Of a DNA stretch of 64,000 nt, positions 57,786-64,000 are shown piece by piece. Made by a program: the position numbers and the translations under genes. Positions within the stretch are counted from its first letter, which is position 1. Each line of letters starts with the position of its first letter. The stretch comes from a virus. The notes beneath the pieces were generated by a model that saw only the letters and a list, made by a program, of their open reading frames with translations, was not told the origin of the DNA and did no database searches. Location: the IMG/VR virus record IMGVR_UViG_3300024255_000001, one strand, 5' to 3'.

Positions 57786-60344
57786 TTACCAAGCGTAATC
57801 GAATCCTTCGATTTTAGCTATTTTTTCTTTAAGTGATAAAGCGTAATTCTTAATCTCTCTTTTATACCAAGATTCAGATGAACCAAATCTTTTTTCAGAT
57901 TCTTCTTCTTGTCTAACATAATCACAATATCTAGAATAATCATCTAATATATTTGACATGTGATTAGAAGCATCTCTTAATTTAACCTCTTTTCCTTTTG
58001 CACTTTGACCAATTTTGATTTCATCGTATCTAGTCTTTTCACCACTAGCTAAACCTGTTTTAATTTGATCGGTTAACATATCGATTGCATCTGCTACCAT
58101 TTTATCTAATGGCATTGTTGCAGCCTTAGTAGATAAAATTTGGTGGTATCTGTCGTTGTTAGCTTTCTTAAAATCTTTATCATTAGTAAATGCAATTGCA
58201 CCTGATTTAGCTTCAGCTCTAGCTGCTCTTAATTGGTCAGTAGAATACTTTTGTCTAATTAGGTCTAGGTTAATAACAAGAACTCTATCAGAAACTTCTG
58301 CGATTCTTTTACCATTATTAAGTCCAGTTCCTGACCAGCCTCTGTATTTATGTGATACACCAACTTGGTCATCTTTACCTTTTTTACCGTCTTTCTTAAA
58401 TGCTCTATTTTGTGAGTATCTAGACCAGTCATTAGTATAAAATTCTCTATCGCCAGACATTGCTGCTATTAGAGTACCTCCACCTGGTATAGTTTTTAAA
58501 GCACCATAACCAGCATCATAAGGAGTATATGGATTTTCTTTTTCGTTATCAGATATAAAGAATAGTATATGTTTTGATCCACCATGTTCTTTAAACACCT
58601 TAGTTGGATCATTACTTATTACCATATCCTCATCACCTACTTTATCTAATGCAACTTTAGCTAATTGGTAAAAACCGCCAGCTAATTGCTTTAAATTTTG
58701 CTTACCGTATTTACCTTCTTTGTTACTCATTAGAACGCTAGCTAGTAAGCTGCTGCCTAATGCTTCGTTAAGAAAGTTAGCTCCAACGAAGTCGCTAAAT
58801 GACTCAAACAAGTTTATTTCGTTTTTCATATTTGTATTTGTATTTTCTTCTAGTTTTTTTGCGGCTAAATCTTTATCTCTTTTAGAAACATTATCTAAGT
58901 AGGAACCATCTCCCCAGAATTTAACAACTAATTCAGTTTGAGTAGTTGAATGCATGCCTGGTTTGTAGACTGCAATATCTCTTAGTTTTTTATTAGAAGC
59001 GATAGTTTTCTTCATAAAGTCTAGTGCTTGTTTCTCGTTTCTAAACTTTTTCATAGCACTTACGCCGTCACTATAAATAACTTCATAGTTTTCAGTAATT
59101 GCTGATTCTTCAACATGTAGATTTACATATCTGCTACCTTTTTCTGAGTAAACTGAAGTAATTTTAAAATCACCTTTAATTGATTTACCAGTATCTTGTT
59201 TGTAGTATTTAGCATAATAAGCTTTAAAGAATAAGTTTGGTTCTAGTTCTCCAAAGAAGTGTGACAGTTTACCTACATAAAATTCAGCTTTAGGATATAC
59301 TTTTAAAACATCTTTTTCTGTTTCAGCATCTAGAACTGCTTTATCAAATTCTTTTACAAATTTAGCTTCAGTAACTTCAGATTCTTTAACAACTAATTCT
59401 GCATCTATAGCTACTTCATGTGAAATAGTCTCTAAACCATTAATTAAAATTGTACCATCCTTTTGCATGCCGGTAACTTCACCAGAATCAAAAGGTTTTT
59501 TAGAACTTCTGCTTAGAATAGAAACTCTATCGCCTATTTTAAATTTAGCTTCAGTAACTGATTCATCAATACCTTTGTAAATTAAAGTGTCCCAATGAAC
59601 ATCCTGTACCTCGTCTCTATAATCAGCATATACGTCAACTTCCCAATTACCGCCTTCTTGATCTACTCCCATGAAATAAAGATCTTTACCCTCATTACCG
59701 TGGTCATCAATCGTATCATATTCGTCAAATTCTATTTCGTATTTCTTACCTTTATATTTAACAACAGCACTAGGCCAATCAGATTTTGTAACCTTAATCT
59801 TCTCGTTTACTACTGACTCTTCGATATACTCTCCAAGTTCTGGATCGTCCCATCCATCAGGAGATGCTAAAACTGATTGTAGATCTTCTCTTGAACCTGT
59901 TAGCTCAACTTCTGGCCAACCACTCGGTCCACTAGGATCTAAAACTTTCATTGTAACTTTATGTTTCTTTAAAAGTTTTTTAAGTATCTTTGATTTAGGA
60001 TCCATTGCATCCATAACTACTGTAGCTTCGAATACTTCAGCAGCTTTAGGAGTTTCATCTAGTTCAGCTAGAATTCTACGACCCCATTTTGAAAGCTTTA
60101 CACCCTCTTCAGAAACATTAAAGTACTTTCTATTTCTAGAAGTCCATTGGCTTGAACTAGTAGATAATTCAGAAAGAATCTTGTTAAACTCTTCTCTTGT
60201 CACTACACCGTCTTTAATAGCTTGTAGGACTGCATTTCTTACATTAGCAGTTTTACCTACAGTTTGAGCTGGGTGGTTCTCTGTATATTTTCTTTTGATT
60301 TGCAATTTCTTGCCTTCCGATAAAAAGTCTTCGAATTTCGTCAT
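57786..60344 (-). CDS. modular probable internal head polyprotein
   Basis: N-terminal MTKFEDFLSE; modules separated by ESVVNE, ESVTE, ESEVTE, ESAITE, FLNE. Confidence 0.55.
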   Translation of the reverse strand: MTKFEDFLSEGKKLQIKRKYTENHPAQTVGKTANVRNAVLQAIKDGVVTREEFNKILSELSTSSSQWTSRNRKYFNVSEEGVKLSKWGRRILAELDETPKAAEVFEATVVMDAMDPKSKILKKLLKKHKVTMKVLDPSGPSGWPEVELTGSREDLQSVLASPDGWDDPELGEYIEESVVNEKIKVTKSDWPSAVVKYKGKKYEIEFDEYDTIDDHGNEGKDLYFMGVDQEGGNWEVDVYADYRDEVQDVHWDTLIYKGIDESVTEAKFKIGDRVSILSRSSKKPFDSGEVTGMQKDGTILINGLETISHEVAIDAELVVKESEVTEAKFVKEFDKAVLDAETEKDVLKVYPKAEFYVGKLSHFFGELEPNLFFKAYYAKYYKQDTGKSIKGDFKITSVYSEKGSRYVNLHVEESAITENYEVIYSDGVSAMKKFRNEKQALDFMKKTIASNKKLRDIAVYKPGMHSTTQTELVVKFWGDGSYLDNVSKRDKDLAAKKLEENTNTNMKNEINLFESFSDFVGANFLNEALGSSLLASVLMSNKEGKYGKQNLKQLAGGFYQLAKVALDKVGDEDMVISNDPTKVFKEHGGSKHILFFISDNEKENPYTPYDAGYGALKTIPGGGTLIAAMSGDREFYTNDWSRYSQNRAFKKDGKKGKDDQVGVSHKYRGWSGTGLNNGKRIAEVSDRVLVINLDLIRQKYSTDQLRAARAEAKSGAIAFTNDKDFKKANNDRYHQILSTKAATMPLDKMVADAIDMLTDQIKTGLASGEKTRYDEIKIGQSAKGKEVKLRDASNHMSNILDDYSRYCDYVRQEEESEKRFGSSESWYKREIKNYALSLKEKIAKIEGFDYAW

Positions 60345-60346
60345 GA

Positions 60347-60760
60347 TTATTTTACTTTAATTTTTGCTTGGTGTCCATTAGTTTCAGTGTATTGAAATGA
60401 AAATTTAGACTTTGCAAATAAAGTACCCATTGTAAAAGAAACAAAAGTTCCTTCTGGGTTTTTCATTGCTACGTTATATGCGTCTCCAGCTGCAGCCTCG
60501 TCATCAAAAATACCGATAATATTCTTTGAAGTTGAAGATCCTATTCTAATTTCACCCTGTAGTCTAACAGATTGCCCATTAAAATCTACATTGTTATGTG
60601 CCATTAATAAATACTTAGTTGCACCCTTTTCTGGAAGGTTATCACTATGTTCTCCAAACTCGGTTCTTGTATTAAAGTAATATGAACCAAACGGTATGCT
60701 TTCATTTACTGCTTGATTTGAGCTTTCTCTAAAGCTTTCGAATGATTTTATATTTTTCAT
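60347..60760 (-). CDS. probable internal head protein
   Basis: N-terminal MKNIKSFESFRES...AVNES. Confidence 0.55.
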   Translation of the reverse strand: MKNIKSFESFRESSNQAVNESIPFGSYYFNTRTEFGEHSDNLPEKGATKYLLMAHNNVDFNGQSVRLQGEIRIGSSTSKNIIGIFDDEAAAGDAYNVAMKNPEGTFVSFTMGTLFAKSKFSFQYTETNGHQAKIKVK

Positions 60761-60779
60761 ATTAATATGTTATATTTGT

Positions 60780-62639
60780 TTATATATTCTTTAAAAAATC
60801 ATCGAAGGTTAGGAATTCTGGTTGTGCAGATTCTGCAGCAACTCCCATCGAGTCTTCTAATTTCATTTTTAGTTCTCCGTACATACCATGTATATCCTTA
60901 GGAGTTAATTTCTTAAATAGTCTTTCATCACCATCAAGCATTGCGTTTCTAACCTGAGTTGCTGAGATATTCTTACCTGATCTTGGAATTTCAAATAAAC
61001 CAAAATCGTCTCTTACGCCTAGATCGTCTCTATATTCTTGTTTATCTGCTTGATAACTATAGACTTTCATTCTATCGGTTCCAGTTCCCCATAATACTGG
61101 CTCGTATTGCGGTCTTAATTCATTAAACATTTTATCAATTGCTGCAGTAGGTAAAATCTTTACATCTTCAATTGGATATGAAGATTTTAATTTTTGTAAC
61201 ATTGATAGTTGAGTATCTTCATCATAAGGTCTCTTAAATGCATCTTCTGCTTTCTTAGTTCTAGACTTAATTAAAAAGATAACTACTGGATAACCGTTTT
61301 GTTTATAGATAGTTTCAATAACTTTAGCATGGCCTAATGTAAATGGCTGGAATCTACCAACAAACATATTTACAGGCTTCTTACCTTGATCTTTATACTT
61401 AACAGTTAAGCCTTCCATGATTGGACTGACTTGAGCTGAAATTTTTTGGTTTAATAAATATTGTTTAAAATCCATTACGTCTGATTCATTTGCTTTTGCC
61501 ATTATTAAACCCTCAATGGTTTCAACGATCTCGTTGATCTGCTCCATTAAATCTTTATTAATAAGGTCAGTTTCTTTAGTTCTCTTTTTTCTAAAAGAGC
61601 CTAATACAATTTTAAATAACTCAGATAGTATCTTATCTTGTACTAAAGTAAGTGTCTTTTCGTTTTGAATAAACTTATTGTTTAATTCAAACATAGGAGA
61701 TTCAGAGAAGTCTGCGGAGTCAAATTTAGCACCAATATATTTTGTAGCATTTTTTTCTACATAATTATTAAAAATAGATGACATTAATTCTAAATATCTT
61801 CTATCTGTCTTTTCTTCTTTTAATTCTATTGATGAGAAATCAAATTGTGCTAAATGTTCTACAACATCTAAAATTGTAATTTGATACATGTCTGATGGTT
61901 TTCTTGGATCCATCTGTTTTTTATTAAACTTCTCTAATTTAAAAGATTGTAATTCTGTTCCGTCATGAAAATTAACAATAAACCCTGCAACATCTTTTGA
62001 AAGATCGTTCATTAAAGCAGATTGCTTCATATTCCCATTGAAAATACCGAATACTGTTCTTGTAAAGCTAGGCTTCTCAAAGTCTTCAAACGTCTGTTCA
62101 AATTCATTAACCGACATTGCAAGAATTTGTTTTAATCTATCCTTTTGACCTGAGTCAAGTTGACCTTCAAATAATATAGGTGGTTTTGAAACATTTAGTT
62201 TATTCGCCCACTTATTAAGTATCTTGGTATCTCTAATTACCTTTCTAACTTTATTAGGATTGGATGGTTGTAAAACTTGTATATGCGTTAAAATTAAATT
62301 TGATTCTGGTAAAACATCATACTCCACATCAATTGTTTTATTATCGCCAAGATATTCAAATCCAAACTTCCAGTCAAATGGCATATCTTCTATAACTTCT
62401 TTAGAAACAGACTTAAAGTGGCGAATTGCGTTCTCGTAGTATCTGACGATTGTACGATCTACTATATCCATTGGTTGCTTAGAACCAGATTTATAGTATG
62501 CAAAATCAGTACCTTGTCTTCTTGCATGAAAAGATGAACCGTTGATTTTCTCAGTCACAATACATTTGTGGCTAAGTAGTTTATCAACGTCTGCTGTGTT
62601 AGCTCCTTCGAAATATGTTTTTAAATTGTCTAATGCCAT
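60780..62639 (-). CDS. RNA-ligase-like domain fused to HIGH-family nucleotidyltransferase
   Basis: TEKINGSS (motif I), FGFEY, AGFIV, SFK; C-terminal GRFQPFTLGH, GTDR, ISATQVR. Confidence 0.7.
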   Translation of the reverse strand: MALDNLKTYFEGANTADVDKLLSHKCIVTEKINGSSFHARRQGTDFAYYKSGSKQPMDIVDRTIVRYYENAIRHFKSVSKEVIEDMPFDWKFGFEYLGDNKTIDVEYDVLPESNLILTHIQVLQPSNPNKVRKVIRDTKILNKWANKLNVSKPPILFEGQLDSGQKDRLKQILAMSVNEFEQTFEDFEKPSFTRTVFGIFNGNMKQSALMNDLSKDVAGFIVNFHDGTELQSFKLEKFNKKQMDPRKPSDMYQITILDVVEHLAQFDFSSIELKEEKTDRRYLELMSSIFNNYVEKNATKYIGAKFDSADFSESPMFELNNKFIQNEKTLTLVQDKILSELFKIVLGSFRKKRTKETDLINKDLMEQINEIVETIEGLIMAKANESDVMDFKQYLLNQKISAQVSPIMEGLTVKYKDQGKKPVNMFVGRFQPFTLGHAKVIETIYKQNGYPVVIFLIKSRTKKAEDAFKRPYDEDTQLSMLQKLKSSYPIEDVKILPTAAIDKMFNELRPQYEPVLWGTGTDRMKVYSYQADKQEYRDDLGVRDDFGLFEIPRSGKNISATQVRNAMLDGDERLFKKLTPKDIHGMYGELKMKLEDSMGVAAESAQPEFLTFDDFLKNI

Positions 62640-62647
62640 AATAGTTT

Positions 62648-63919
62648 TTATCTACCGTATTTAATAATGCCCATTAACTGGTTAATAGCGGCAAAAGTAC
62701 CCGTTAACTTGAATGTTTTACCATTGTATTTAAAGACTAGGCCTTCTGTTGGAATGATTGACTCAATACCGCCGATACCTTCTAGCCTCTTTAATTCTTT
62801 TTCTACCTTCTCAATCTGTTTTAGATCACCGTTCTTTTTAACTTTATCTGCCTCAGTTCTGATTTGCTTATGTAATCTTGCTTTCTCAGCTTCTGGATTA
62901 GCAGCAACAAAATTGGAAACGTTCTTTAAAACATCTGCACCTAATTCTAAAAATAGGTTCTCGAAAGGTAGAATGTTTTCTTTATACTTCTTGTTTCTTT
63001 GACCATCAAAATCTTTGACGGCTTTTGCTTGTTCTGGAGTAACTGCATTCTTTAATTCTCTCATATTTAGAGTCTTCTTGTCTAAATATGCCCATCTTAA
63101 TAAGAGTCCCTCTTTTAATACTGAGTCTAAATCTCCAAAGTTCTCTTCGATTTGGTTTCTCCACCACATCTCGTGATACATTTTAACCTCATCTTGATCT
63201 GATAGACTATAAGTATCTCTCAGTTTATTTATCGCCTTTTCGTAATAGCCGACTCTATCATCAAAGTTAATGTCTTTTCCTAACTTTAAAATTTGAGGGG
63301 GAATTATTGTAAACGTATTTTGCACATCCGCTTTTAGCTCTTTAAGTGCTTTAACTATTTCTGATGCGATATTCTCTTCACCTATGATATTACCCTCACC
63401 ATCAGTAACTTTCATACCGTGGAATTGAATAACATCTCTGTCATAATAAATTACATTAGGGTTTTTAGAGTAAATTAACTCCATATTGATAAAAGACTTA
63501 CCATCTTGGAATACAGATTGGTCCTTAAGCTTTGGGAGTGCGTCTGCTAGGTCTTTAGCAGCAAAGATGAATGTTTCTTCAACCAGCTTCGAAGCGTGGC
63601 CAGTGAACATCTTAATGATACCATTTAAGTCGAGTGGATTGGCTAATTGTCCCTTATTTCTAGCGAACATAGCATTACCATCCTTTACAGTTGCAAATAC
63701 ATTCTGACCATCTGTCTTTTCAGTTGGTGCCTCTTCAAAATCAAGACCTCCTTGTAGTGCAGATCTTACAATAGTTTTAAAATCAGCAAATGTTAATGAG
63801 TGGTCATCGAATGGATGCATCATGTGGCCAGCGGCCCCACCTTCAAATACGAAATTGTCCAAGTTATTGACCTGGACTTTCTCGCTTAAGAATTCTTTAA
63901 ATGTATATAGTTTCTTCAT
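62648..63919 (-). CDS. RNA-ligase-like nucleotidyltransferase (GGAAGHM family)
   Basis: N-terminal MKKLYTFKEFLSE; GGAAGHMMHPFD, TEKTDGQN, NMELIY, EGLVF, FKLTG. Confidence 0.65.
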   Translation of the reverse strand: MKKLYTFKEFLSEKVQVNNLDNFVFEGGAAGHMMHPFDDHSLTFADFKTIVRSALQGGLDFEEAPTEKTDGQNVFATVKDGNAMFARNKGQLANPLDLNGIIKMFTGHASKLVEETFIFAAKDLADALPKLKDQSVFQDGKSFINMELIYSKNPNVIYYDRDVIQFHGMKVTDGEGNIIGEENIASEIVKALKELKADVQNTFTIIPPQILKLGKDINFDDRVGYYEKAINKLRDTYSLSDQDEVKMYHEMWWRNQIEENFGDLDSVLKEGLLLRWAYLDKKTLNMRELKNAVTPEQAKAVKDFDGQRNKKYKENILPFENLFLELGADVLKNVSNFVAANPEAEKARLHKQIRTEADKVKKNGDLKQIEKVEKELKRLEGIGGIESIIPTEGLVFKYNGKTFKLTGTFAAINQLMGIIKYGR

Positions 63920-63938
63920 AAGAAGTTTTAGATTGTTT

Positions 63939-64000
63939 TTATCCTAACGATGATTGTAATGCACCAACTGCTGCACCATAGTCACCGTCGTGTTTAGTTA
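63939..64000 (-). CDS. C-terminal end of a gene starting beyond the window
   Basis: ...TKHDGDYGAAVGALQSSLG-stop. Confidence 0.4.
   Translation of the reverse strand, partial: TKHDGDYGAAVGALQSSLG

Noticed and set aside
12287-63707. Remaining short ORF-track entries on the plus strand or nested out of frame (e.g. 13886, 31308, 41336, 44258, 54019, 62667)
   Set aside because: Fully overlap well-supported minus-strand genes and lack motifs or promoter elements

Overview
A 64-kb AT-rich segment of a large T4-like myovirus (jumbo-phage type) genome. Almost everything is on the minus strand and reads cleanly in code 11. A-rich, Shine-Dalgarno-free start regions and a TATATTAG promoter element suggest a Bacteroidota host (inference). 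The window holds the head and tail morphogenesis block: gp15, gp55 sigma, gp4, gp2, portal, a protease-scaffold fusion, major capsid, gp14 neck, terminases, sheath, tube, gp26/gp51-like chaperones and tape measure. It also holds the replication/recombination block: gp41, gp44, a gp45-like clamp, gp46/47, UvsX, RNase H, NrdAB and a family-B DNA polymerase split into two genes 3.9 kb apart. There is one tRNA-Ser(UGA) and several auxiliary genes, including a NEIL1-like glycosylase. Two regions stand out. First, an apparent operon at 47.9-54.5 kb combines a dCTPase/dUTPase, a PLP fold-II enzyme, an aGPT-Pplase-like protein, an SGNH-like protein and a DUF6378-like protein, with an FkbM methyltransferase alongside, which suggests a new DNA base-hypermodification pathway. 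Second, a cluster at 55.5-63.9 kb encodes proteins with T4 capsid-targeting-like signals, some built as modular polyproteins with protease-cleavage linkers, and ends in a pair of RNA-ligase-like proteins, one fused to a HIGH-family nucleotidyltransferase. Three promoter classes can be read from the sequence (TATGTCAG-N10-TATATTAGTAC, AAAC-N17-TATAA, GATATATA), along with a candidate +1 frameshift upstream of the tape measure gene and two candidate structured RNAs. Family assignments come from motif recognition by eye, not from database searches.
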